The notes under the pieces: model-generated
What the model was told of the DNA's origin: nothing
Database searches by the model: none
What the model saw: the letters and a program-made list of their open reading frames with translations, nothing else
DNA from: Massalongia carnosa
Taxonomy: Eukaryota
NCBI GenBank assembly: GCA_965645245.1
Contig: OZ287067.1
Span: 124,001-188,000, forward strand
Length of the DNA stretch: 64,000 nt
Direction: 5' to 3'
In this document: one piece after another, positions 11,827 to 23,630 of the stretch
Layout: each line of letters begins with the position of its first letter
Position numbering within the stretch: the stretch's first letter is position 1
Translations under genes and position numbers: made by a program

Positions 11827-14800
11827 AGGACACAAACTCCATTAACATACTACAGTACAACGTCAGAAACGACCGAGTAAGTACAATGATACCACTTTTG
11901 GCAGATTCAAACACGCAGGACTACGACGTTATAGCAATACAGGAACCATGGCGGAGCACGCACGCCCCGACCACTCTTAGCTCTCACCAAAGCGGATTCC
12001 ACCTTCTATATCGCCCCGGCGGCGACACACGCGTATGCTTCTACGTCAACGAGAAAATCGACCCGGAAAGCTGGGAAGTAGAATTCCCAACCGCAGACCT
12101 ATGCACGTTGAAATTGAACGTGAGCACCGACGGTGTTACGAGAACGTTGCACATTCATAACGTGTATAACCCGTCCCCGTCTTCTTATTCATCCACAGAC
12201 AGCCCCTCCACGCTCCCGGCTGTTCGTCAGCAACTCGCCGCAGATGCACAGCACGTCCTCCTCGGCGATTTCAACCTTCACCATCCATTTTGGAACGGAG
12301 TCACAAGGCCAACGCAACACGCAGCCGCGGACCAACTACTGGATATAGTAGAAGAATTCGATCTCTCACTTACACTGCCCAAAGGGACCGTTACATGGGA
12401 GGCTCGGAACTCTTTTAGCACCATAGACCTAGTATTTATGTCGGAATTCCTGACGGAAAGACTAGAACACTGCATGTCGAGACCGGAAATGAACCAATCC
12501 TCTGATCACATCCCGATTTCCACCCGCATTCTTCTCGGTAGTGAACAGCTAACGCAAGTCAAGCGCAGAGCATGGAAACTGCTGAACATGGAGAAACTGA
12601 GAGAGGCAGAAAGCAACGCCCCGCCCGTCACCCACCCCCGCTCCGCCGAGGAAATTGACCAGTACGCTCAGACAATCCAAGAGTATCTTCAGAAAATCAT
12701 AGCCGCCTCCGTCCCCTGGGCCAGACCCAGCGAATACGCGAAACCTTTTTGGAACGAAGAATGCAATCGCGCCATCCGTGAGACTCGCAAATTGCGCCGT
12801 TCCTGGTCGTCATCGCGTCACATGGACGACTGGAAAGCGTACATGAAGTCCAACGACAAGAAGCAAAAGATAATCCGAAAAGCAAAAATGCTCTCATTCC
12901 GCAAAGAGATCAGTGCAGTCACCGAGTCGCCGCTGGGCATATGGAAGCTGGCAAGATGGGCAAAAGATAGAAGCCAGAAGCCCCGCGAGATACCGAAAAT
13001 GCCGCCACTGAGGCACGGAGGGCAGACGGCGGAGACGTTCGAAGAAAAAGCGGAAATGCTGAAAGCCAAGTTCTTTCCCCCACCACCGCCGGCGGACCTG
13101 AGCGACATACCTGGGTCATTCTACCCCGCTGCCGCGGATTGTCCCATGATGATCACAAAGAACGAAGTGATCGCAAACATACAATGCCTCAAGTCCGACA
13201 AGGCTCCGGGTCCTGACGGGATCACCAACAAAATCCTCAAGGCATGCTCTACAAAGCTAGCAGAATTGCTAACCCCTTTATTTCAGGCGTGCGTCACGCA
13301 AGCGTATCATCCTCGCGAGTTCAAAAGAGCGAACACGATAACGCTCAAAAAACCGGGAAAGAAAGACAACACCAGCCCAAAGGCATATCGGCCCATAGCT
13401 CTCCTGAACACAATGGGTAAAGTTCTAGAAGCGGTCATCGCAAAGAAAATCACCCACATAGCGGAACAGCATCGGCTCTTGCCCGACACGCAAATGGGTG
13501 CTCGGCGAGGGCGATCCACCGAGTCCGCACTCGAGCTTCTCACAGAACAGGTATACACCGTATGGGGACAAGGCAACGACAAGGTGGCAACCCTACTCAG
13601 CATGGATGTGGCAGGTGCGTTTGACACGGTGTCTCACCGTAGGCTAATACACAATCTACGGAAAAGGAAAATTCCGAAATGGATCACAGACTGGACAGCA
13701 AGCTTTCTGGAGAATAGGAAAACCACATTAGCAATAAATCGGCGAGCAACCGGGGAGTTCGCAGTGCGCACGGGCATTCCTCAAGGCTCGCCCATTTCCC
13801 CTATTCTGTATCTGTTCTTACAACGCGGACCTATTAGAGATATGCCAGAGACCCGGCACGAACACGAGTGCGCTGGGATTCGTAGACGACGTAAACGTGT
13901 TGGCATACGGTAAAAGCACGGAAGAAAATTGCAGAACTCTTGAAAGAATTCACAGGAAATGCGAATTGTGGGCGACACGGCATGGCTCCGTATTTGCACC
14001 GGATAAATATGAACTCATTCATTTGTCAAGAAATCCAAAGAAATTCAACATGACGGCCACTATTCAAATTGAAACCAATCTGATTGAACCAAAAACGGAC
14101 ATAAGAGTACTGGGCCTACAAATCGACACAAAACTAAAATGGGGAGCTCATATACGGAAGACGCAGGAAAAGATGACGTCGCAGTCGCTAGCGCTCACAA
14201 AAATCTCGGCATCCACCTGGGGAGCATCCTTCGCAAAGGCCCGGCAGGTCTACACCTCCGTCGTCCGCCCGGCAATGACATACGGAAGCGCCGTGTGGCA
14301 CACGCCCAAGGAAATCAAGAAAAACAAGGCCACGATGTCCAAACTCAGTGTCATGCAGAACAAATGCCTACGCACTGTGGCAGGAGCGTTTAAAGCAACA
14401 CCCGTCGAGGTTCTCGAAGCGGAAACTTTCATCGCCCCTATGGAGCTACACTTGGATCATCTGCAGATGAAAGCAAGATACCGCCTACGGGCCTCAGGGC
14501 AAGCGAAACTGATCACCACTGCCTGCAGCACAATAGCGAACAAGCTACGAGGCAAGGCAAGACGCAAAAGAATACAACGCCCCACCCTAGGAGATTTAAA
14601 ACACGAATGGGCCAGCAAGATGCTAAACAACGAAGCCCCAGCCGCAATACCGCCGCCGCCCCGACCCTGGTCAGGACCCGACCCTGTCCGTCTCGAGAAA
14701 TACATCACGGCACGCCGAATTATCGGAAAGCACGCAAAGACCATTACAGTACGAATCAAGGAGCGTTGGGAGACCAGGTGGAAGGCGTATCAGGACCGCG

Positions 14801-15186
14801 TTCCCTACCCAACAGAGGCACAGCTCGGACCACTCAACAGAACTAGATTGAAGATTCATGACAACTTGATGAAGGCGGAAAGCGCGCTAACCACGCAAAT
14901 CCGCACTGAGAAAATAGGTTTGGCAAACTTCCTGTTCAATCGTCGGGTTCCGGGAGCTATGACTCCAGCTTGCTCGTGTGGCTGGCAGAAACAGACTGCC
15001 AAACACATCATATTACACTGCAGACTAATCGAAGGCAGATATGAGCTGCTCAGACAATTGGGCACCCACGACTACCGGACGATTACGCGTTCGTCGAAAA
15101 TGCTGAAAAAGCTAACTGCATGGATAATAAAAGCAAACTTGTTAACACAGTTCTCACTAGCATCGCAAATGTTATACGAGATATAA
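11823..15186 (+). pseudogene. LINE ORF2 (AP endonuclease, RT, CCHC) with one +1 frameshift
   Basis: ILQYN, IQEP, GDFNLHH, SDH (APE); KAPGPDG, YRPIALL, GIPQGSPISP, GFVDD (RT); CSCG...HIILHC. Extra T near 13818 disrupts LFYNADL. Confidence 0.93.
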
Positions 15187-16665
15187 CTTCTCATTTTCGT
15201 CAAGGATTCTAAAGAAAAACGATCACAGAGAGCAGCCTGTTGCCAGCGAGGCTCCGGAGGTAGTGCGTAGTCTACGGGGTTTTTATTCCCAAGAAGGGTT
15301 TTCCTTGTATGATAAACATAGACAGCCCGCATGGGCCGGCCTTCGGCCGGTGTCATATCGGAATAAGAATAAATCAATCAATCAAGAGCATACAACGACA
15401 AGAAGCAAGGCCTGCTGAATCCTCTTCCCATTCCAAATAGAAAATGGATGGACGTATCATTGGACTTCGTCGAATTCCTTCCAGAATGCCGAAGACGAAA
15501 CAGAGTCTATCAACACATATTAGTGATAGTAGATCGTTTAACGAAAAGACGATTATACGAACTAACCTCTCTCTCTACTGATGAACTGATGGATGCGATG
15601 TCCAGGAGATTATTCTCCTCTTACGGATTTCCTATATCAACAGTCAACGATCGCGGTAGTCAACAAAACGCTCACTTATGGAAAAGAGTTTGCGAAAGAT
15701 ACGGGGTGAGAATCAAATTCTCATCTGCACATCATCCCGAAACAGACGGTCAAACCGAAAACGCCAACAAGGTAATGAAAAATTATCTTCGAGCATACGT
15801 CAATTACACACAAGACAACTGGGTGGATTATCTTTCAGACGCAGAGTTTGCCGCCAACAATCATGTAAATGTATCAACGGGAATGACTCCATTCTTCGCA
15901 GACCATGGCTTCCACCCACGCTGTGGCATCGAACCACCAGGCACATACGAAGGAAAAGGAAAAGCAGAGATACTGCATGCTGACAAAATCATAGAACGGC
16001 AAGAAGCCATGCGAACCTGGTTCCGAGATCAATTAGCCTGGGCTCAGGAAGAACAAACACGACACGCAAACAAAGGCCGTCAACCTCACCCCGAATACAA
16101 AATCGGGGACATTGTTTATTTAAATGCCAAGCATTTTGCTTCAGAAAGACCCAGCAGATCATTAAGCTTCAAGAACATAGGACCAAATAAGAATTATCGA
16201 CAATAAAGCATACGAATTAGAGATCCTGGATCAGTTAAAGAACGTCGGGCTTATCCCCATCTTTCATCCGTGGAAGCTACATCTCGCACCTTCCAACCCA
16301 TTCCTAGGACAAGTCTTACCGCCTGGACCGCCCATAGCCATAACCGAAAACGACGAAGAGGAGGCCCACGAAGAATGGGAAGTCCTCGAAATAATAGACT
16401 GCCGCGAAACAAGAAAGTTCGGCGTGCAGTACAAAGCAACCTTCATTGGAAATTGGGATGAATGGAACGCGAACCCTTACTGGCAACCATGGACCGACTT
16501 CAAGAATTCAAAGGACAAAATCCTCCAATACCATCGAGAACATCTACAGAAACCCAAACCACCAGAGGATCTAACAAAAATAGATGATAATCAAGAATCA
16601 GGCTAGCTGGCAGGGCGCCTGCCACTTAGCGCTTCGGAGACCTCGCCAATAGAAGGGGGGGATAG

Positions 16666-16846
16666 TGTCAGGGTCCTAGCCTGACATAAGGCTGAGATGG
16701 AAGGGGGGAGCACGGGAGCACGCGAGGCTAGCGCGACACTCGGTACAGATATTTCTAGCGAGTCGCGCACAATGATTCTTTTCTTCTTTTGTAGATAAAT
16801 TTTAGTTTAATAGCGGTTGATTAGAATCGACGACAGCTTCCTTACA
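16666..16846 (+). repeat. 3' LTR of Gypsy B
   Basis: Direct repeat of 5242-5422, preceded by the PPT. Confidence 0.97.
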
Positions 16847-18573
16847 TTGAAAACCCAACCCGGACACCAAAAATCATAGGGTTCGCCACAAACGGGTTGG
16901 GTTTTCATCAGAGAAACCCGGCCCGTTGCCCGGCGTACACATAGCCATAGTGATAACATATTCATCTGTGCAGTCGTCTAGTCGAGTTCTTCACATGTTC
17001 ATGCAGACGTAGACTTATTCAATCTTTTGTGTAAGTGTTCTGTAACGGTTCTACCAAGCGTGGTGCGGACGGCAGCGAACATAGCAGGAGTCCCAGTTAT
17101 AGTAGAATAGAGCTTGGTCTGCGGACTAAGTATTGTGCCTTTTGGTCGGGAAGGACAGGTGGCGTAATGGTAGAAATCTATTCACTATCTCGCTTCGTCA
17201 CATGTTCACTGCTCAGTTGGCCGTCTATCTATCACGTCGCACTATGGAGGGGTTAAGTGGAACTCCGTAGCAAGTCAGGTGATGAGTCATGTAGTCGGGT
17301 GCTGGCGTCTTAGCGTTCCGGTTATATAAGTCTTTTTCTCGCATATTTCCTTCTCATCTTTCGGGATATCTATCTTCGGATCATACTGCTATCAACATTC
17401 ATATAGCTAGTCGGCCATTGATAGGCATGACGATTCATTCATCGATGCAGTAAAGCTATTTTAATTCGGCCATTTGTTTGTTTGTTTCATCCTTCTATCG
17501 TTCGCCACCACCCTTTTTATCCCTTTACAGCACCTCTTTCTATCAGTAAGCATCTTTGCTATTCATCACCCCGCCACAATACAATCTTTGAACTGCCCGC
17601 AATACCCATCAATACGCCGCGCAACGGGTTGGTTAGGTCGGGTTTTGACTAGTCAAACCCGATCCGCTACCGGGTTGGGAAACCTGTAGGGCTCAACCCG
17701 GTGGGTTAGGGAACCGTTCCCAGGTTGACCCGTTTGACCCGTTCGACCCGGTCGATTTTTTTTGTCAATTTTAAACGTGTTTTTGAGACGGAGGTGATAT
17801 GAGAAGACTCGGGACAATCCCCTCCCCACCGTCCCCCCAGCGAAAATCATTCCAAATTAGGACTAGCTACAAGCCACCTCCCCATACTAAATAATTAGAT
17901 GCATATATTAATAATATTATAGGTACAGGCAGCCAGCCCTCTGTATAAATTTATCACTATGATAGGTAGACCGCACTTCTTCTCTCCTTATCTTTTTCTT
18001 TGCTATGGCCCTCACAACAACGTCCCTGGATGCACGTTTGCAAAGGGCTATAGCAATTTTACTGTCTTCTCATCGTCTTCCTCCGAGTGAGAGTGAAATC
18101 TTTATCTCCTGGGAGGAGGGAAAAACCTGCCTTCAGAATTATGCCTTTACTCAAGGCTTTGCATTGGTCACAGAGACTAATGATAAGAAGAATCATCTCG
18201 TTATACTAGATTGCACCCGTCATCACAAAAGAGAAAGAAACACTAGAAAGCTAGAGGAGAAGGACCGCGTACAAAAAAACACGAAGGTCTCGTTCAACGA
18301 GTGCAAATATCGACTAAGACTGAAGCAAAACAAAGACAAATCGTGGAGATTAATCATCACCAATCCTGATCACAATCACGAGATGGCTACAGACCCCTTC
18401 GGTTTCAAAGATCATCGTAGCCAAGACCTCGATCGAGCAACTGCCCTAGATCAAGCAAAAAGTCTCCGTGATGCATCAACTAGATAGGGTCAAGCATCTC
18501 ACGTTTTGGGAATGACTAGCCTGCGCCTTTCGAAGAAGGACTATTACAACCTGGCTCGATCCCAGAGCAAACA

Positions 18574-21500
18574 CTTTGATTGCAGGAGGCTTAGTGGCAG
18601 ACTGAAGGCTTTGAAAGGTGATTATATTAATGCTATCTAGAAGGAAGGAAGTTCGAGGGGGTCCTCCCGAGGACCTTATTGACCAGATTGTTTGCTATAG
18701 CAAACACCTCCTTAACCACCTTACCGCATGAGGATTCAGGGGGTCGGCCTATTGTAGGGCCGGCCTCCGATAAGGCTAGGTGGACCGTCGCTATTGTCAA
18801 TCCAAAGCTCCCTCACAATAGGAAGGTTCCAACCTCCAGAAGTTTGAATCAACCTCATTGCTTTGATGCCTCAGGGGCAGTGGTCATATTCATCTGATCG
18901 ATGAACCTTCGAAAGGAGATCCACGGTAGAGGCTTGGTTAGTCCATCAGCTATCATATCCTTAGTAGGCACATAGCTAATTTGAATAGCTCCCTCAGCGA
19001 TCAGCTCCCTCGTCTTATGATACTGGATATCGATGTGTTTGGCCCGAGGATGATTGATGGGGTTGTCGGCTAGCTTTATAGCCGCCTTATTGTCAGCTTT
19101 CAGGGGAACGGGGCCATTGACACCATATCCCAAGGATTTCAAGGCATTCGCCAAGAATACAGCCTCCTTGCCAGCATAGCACTCCCCCATATACTCAGCC
19201 TCAGCTGTGGAGGTGGCCACCGAGGCCTGGCGTTTCGTTGACCAGCTGATTGGTCCGCTGTTCAGGAGGAAGACATAGGCGGAAGTGGATCTCCTAGTGT
19301 CCAGACAGTCTCCATAAGAGGCATCAGTATAACCGATTAAATCAGTGTGAATACCCTCATAGGAGGATCCAAAACATAGGCCTAGGTCCCTTGTTCCAGC
19401 CAAATATCGAATTATTCTTTTTAAGATTGCGCCTTGATAGGGGGTAGGATTGATTGAATATCTACTGCAGCGACTCAGCGAGTAAGCAATATCCGGCCGA
19501 GTCATACATGCTAACCACAATAGAGATCCAATAAGCATTTGATATGCCTTGATCTCTCTATTTGTGGCCTCGTATATCTTGCCTTTATAGTAATTCTTGA
19601 CCAGAAGAAGATTGGTCTCCATGGGTGTTTTGACAGATTTGCAATCGGACATGTCGACTGCATCGATGATCCGCCTAATGTACGCCGATTGATGAACATA
19701 TATTCTTCTATTTGGCCGGTCTCGAGTGACGTGCATCCCTAAATAGAAATTAATTGGTCCGAGATCCTTGATCCGGAATCGGTGAGACAATTCAGTCTTC
19801 AAAAGACTTATGTCCGAAAGAGAGGGTCCGATGAGAAGTAGATCATCCACATAAATCGCTATTATGATGCCATTTTGCTGATAAATATAGACCGAATGGT
19901 CCTCGTCCACTCTCCTATAGCCCATGGTGATAAGATAGTCAGTGAGGGTGGAATACCATTCACGGGGGGCCTGCTTGAGACCATACAAGGCCTTCTTCAA
20001 GCGACAGGCATATCCCCCTGGTTTGTCAAACCCATGGGGTTATTCCATCCAGACCTCCTCTTTTAGAGGGGCCTCAAGGAAAGCGGTGACCACGTCGATC
20101 TGTTCGACCTCCAGGTCATATCTAGCCGCTATAGCCAACAGGGCCTTCCATGTCATTGATATGACCACGCTGGCATAGGTTTGATTATAATCAATGCCTT
20201 CTATCTGGCAAAAACCTTTACCTACCCATCGGGCCTTATATCGAGATATTTCCCCATCCGGACCGAGTTTGGTGGTATAAACCCATCTACCAGGGAGGAT
20301 CTTCCTACAGGTGGTGGAATTTCCAGGGCCCAGGTCCCGTTGATGGAATGAGATTCAACCTCCTCCTCTGATGCTTGGATCCATTCGGTAGCCTCTGAAG
20401 ACTGAATGGCCTCCTTGTAGGTGCTGGGGACGGTGAGGTCGTTTAAGGAGGCCTTAAGAGCTCTCAATGCGAATCCCTTGTTACCTCCTTTCTTAGACCA
20501 TGGATCAGCTAATTTAGCATAATCGGGTTGAGAGGTGTTTCGGGATGGTCGGGATGATGATGTGGGTGGAGGTGGTGGTCTAGGTTCCTGAGGTACCTCT
20601 CCTGGTGCGGATTTGATCGACTGCTCGGAATTACTAGTAAATTGGCCTGTAAAGGAGCAGTTGATGACCCAGAGGTCAGGTCGGCTACTTGTGAGTCCTC
20701 TGAATTTTCTGAACTTTCTGATTTATCATCGTCCTCTCTCCCGGTTCCTTCATCTGCAAATTCCGGTTCTAAAGGCCGTTTAGGGGGTTCCTCATTAACG
20801 AGTTCCTCCTCTTCATTGGCATAAATTATCACTCCTGGTGTGTCCACCTCGTCGTCACCATTTCGGTAGAAGAATTGTAAGAAGCCATAGTCGTCGTCGC
20901 CACCATCCCCCGATTCTTCAACCGAAAGGGATGCGGTCTCGTCCCATAGCACGTATGCCGAAATGATGAGTTTCTTGGAGGTGAGGTCCCAAATGCGATA
21001 CTTGTTGTTGCCTTGAAGGCCAAGAAATCTGCATTTGATGCTTCTGTCGTCCAGCTTCTTCTTCTGAGGGTCAAAATTGTAAGAGTATGCTACGCACCCG
21101 AAGATACGAGCACCCGACAAGTCTGGCTGTCTGCCATACATCACTTCGAAGGGTGTTTCATCACCATGCCTTGGACTCCTGTTTTTCAGGTAAGTAACGT
21201 AGGAAATAGCCTCCCCCCATTGATTAGAAGGCATTCCACTGTCACTAAGAATCGCACGGGTTCGCTCGAAGAGGGTGCGAAAGCACCTCTCGGCTACCCC
21301 ATTCTGATTCGGATTGTGTGGTGCTGTCACATCCCACTCGATGCCGTTGTCCTTCAAAATTTGTAAGGTCTGATGGCCAGCATACTCCCCTTCGTTGTCA
21401 CTGCGCATAAGTTTGACCGGATGTCCTTGTGTCTTCATCCATGCTAAATAGTCCTTTAGGACCTCCTTTAATTCGGATTTATTCTTCAGAAGGTAAATCA

Positions 21501-23630
21501 CCGTCCAGTCAGTAAAATCGTCAACGAAGGAGGCAGCATACTTGGCTCCCCCAATTGTCTGACGTATGTCCCCTCCGCCAGCAATGTCGGTATGTACGAT
21601 TTCATCGATGTTGGTGGCCTTTAGTCGTTGAATTCTAACTGGATTTCAATGTTGTTTTCCTATTGCACATGATGGACACACGTTGATTTTAGGTTCTGCT
21701 GATTCACATTTATCAGCCTTAATTGCATCAATGCCAGTGGAGAGTTTAGCTAAAATCTTGACGTCCATCATGTTGAGATGGGCTAATCGTCGGTGCCACA
21801 CCGTCCACGAGGCATTGTCGGAGGATTTGTAAGAGGTATGTAAGGTCTTTGATTGGTCCAGGTCGATCGAGTGTGTGGATCCCGAAGACTAACGAGTACC
21901 AGTAAGACAGAGTTCTCCGTCAGGGGCAAAACATTCAGTTCTTCCTTTTCCTACTCAAAATTCGAATCCTTTCGACTCAATAACACCTACAGAAAACAGA
22001 TTGTATGCTGACTCGGGTACGTGATGGACATCCTTTAGGCATACAGCCTTTGATTCACCATCCACGTCTAGATACAGGGTAACAGATCCTTTTCCTTTAA
22101 TAATCATATCAGTGGAGTTGGCCGTTTTTATGACCTTCCCTCTAATTGATTGATAGTCATCAAATAGGTATTTGTCATAGCAAATATGGACATCGGAAGC
22201 CGAGTCTATCCACCAGGTACGATCCTTATTTTGAGACTTATAGACGTTAGTAAAGAGGCTCTTGGTTATCATTGATCTTGGAACGAAGGCTGATTTGGAC
22301 GAGGGATTCGATTCCTTCTTGTCCTTATCCTCCTTCCTATCCTCCTTATTCTTCACCAAGTTTTTCCTTAGATGGGGCCGGTTTCCAATTATCGGGCCGG
22401 TTGGTTGCATTCAGATAATAGAAATTGGTCTTGTTGTGGCCAGGACCGTCACAGTATTCACATTTTGACGAATTGGTATTTTTCTCCTTTTTCCCCTTTT
22501 TGCTCTTCTTATCTTCTTCTTTCTTTTCCTTCCTGTTGAACTTAGCCGTCAGTGCCTTGTTGGATTCCTCTAAGTTATGTTGACGGTTATCATGATCTAT
22601 TTAGGCCATCATCATCTCGTCAACGTCTATCTCCCTCATGTTTGCTCTTGCAGCCTCTACGAGACTGACGATATAAGGTTCCAGGTCCGGTTTAAGACCA
22701 AGTCGGAACGAGGTAGAGAGAACCAAGTCTGGTAACTTGTGACCGAGTTGTATCAACTGGGAGTGGGCCTTCTTTAGGTGTTCGGCGTACTCCTGAATGG
22801 ATTTGAAATCTGATTGGCTAGCATGAAGTTGAAGGAGGCCAGGTCTCTAGTGGCCAGACTTGTTGCTTTGTAATGCTTTTCCAGTACATCCCACATCTGT
22901 TTTGGGTCTTCCAGGCCCTCTATATGGACTCGAGGGCCTGTTCCACAGTTCAAGTATATCTTGGTAGCTACTTTTACCCTTCGCTTGTCCCATTTCTTCT
23001 GTTTGTCCTCGAAGGCCTCCAGTTTGTCCTCCCACCGCTCAATAGTGCTTTGTGTCACTACTATGGCCGGGGTGGTGACTCCATCCTCTATCTTAGAAGG
23101 GGAGTCCACTGGTCGAGGCGGAGCATTAAGGGGTCGGAGTTCTTCCTCTTTAACTATATCCCACAGTTCGTCTAAACTGAGGAGGCCTTTCACCTCCTCC
23201 TTCCATACATTGTAGTTCTTTTCACCTACCAACGGCTTTATCTGATAAGTTTCTAGTCCCATTGTTGAAGACTAAGCACCGACAGCTGAGGAGGTTCTTT
23301 GAGGCTTGATAATTGGCCTACAAGGACGAGGACTAGATATGTAGGAAGAGAAGAGATTATATAGCACTTCCCTAGCGTCTAGCCGAGCTCATAACCCTTT
23401 GATTACAGGAGGCTTAGTGGCAGACTGAAGGCTTTGAAAGGTGATTATATTAATGCTATCTAGAAGGAAGGAAGTTCGAGGGGGTCCTCCCGAGGACCTT
23501 ATTGACCAGATTGTTTGCTATAGCAAACACCTCCTTAACCACCTTACCGCATTAGGATTCAGGGGGCCGGCCTATTGTAAGGCCGGCCTCCGATAAGCCT
23601 AGGTGGACCGTCGCTATTGTCAATCCAAAG
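18574..23630 (-). mobile_element. Ty1/Copia LTR retrotransposon 1 with CTTTG...CAAAG termini
   Basis: 234-bp LTRs (18574-18807, 23397-23630; 5 differences); TSD AAACA (18569-18573, 23631-23635); PBS GGTTATGAGC; PPT GTGAGGGAG; order gag-PR-IN-RT-RH. Confidence 0.96.
18855..23262 (-). pseudogene. Copia 1 gag-pol, fragmented
   Basis: WWIDSASDVH protease; RSDNEGEY / QNGVAER integrase; KALYGLKQA and YVDD RT; GYTDASY and ADGLTKPL RNase H; several frameshifts and stops. Confidence 0.93.

Larger units (their letters stand above)
10074..15380 (+). mobile_element. Full-length Tad1-like LINE
   Basis: 16-bp TSD ATCAAGAGCATACAAC (10058-10073, 15381-15396); two ORFs; AATC-repeat 3' tail. Excision restores the host integrase frame (SRAYN|DKKQGLL). 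Confidence 0.96.
7256..16606 (+). pseudogene. pol: Pol of Gypsy B (PR, RT, RNase H, IN, chromodomain), split by LINE
   Basis: LIDNGS protease; YLDD RT; ETDSSDF / YDKELLAI RNase H; HH-CC integrase finger; SAHHPETDGQTE; C-terminal EEWEVLEIID...WQPW chromodomain-like segment. Confidence 0.93.
5242..16846 (+). mobile_element. Ty3/Gypsy chromovirus B, full length, degenerate, carrying a LINE insertion
   Basis: 181-bp LTRs TG...CA with 2 differences; TSD TTGAA (5237-5241, 16847-16851); PPT AGAAGGGGGGGATAG at 16651-16665; order gag-PR-RT-RH-IN-chromodomain. Confidence 0.97.
5176..16937. mobile_element. hAT-like MITE (~152 bp) interrupted by Gypsy B
   Basis: TIRs TATGCCGCGCAACGGG / CCCGTTGCCCGGCGTA; 8-bp TSD CACCTAGC (5168-5175) / CACATAGC (16938-16945); AACCC/GGGTT subterminal repeats. 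Confidence 0.8.

Noticed and set aside
16950..17397. Solo LTR ending TATCAACA with TATA box near 17322
   Set aside because: Plausible, but I could not find a matching 5' end with a TSD.
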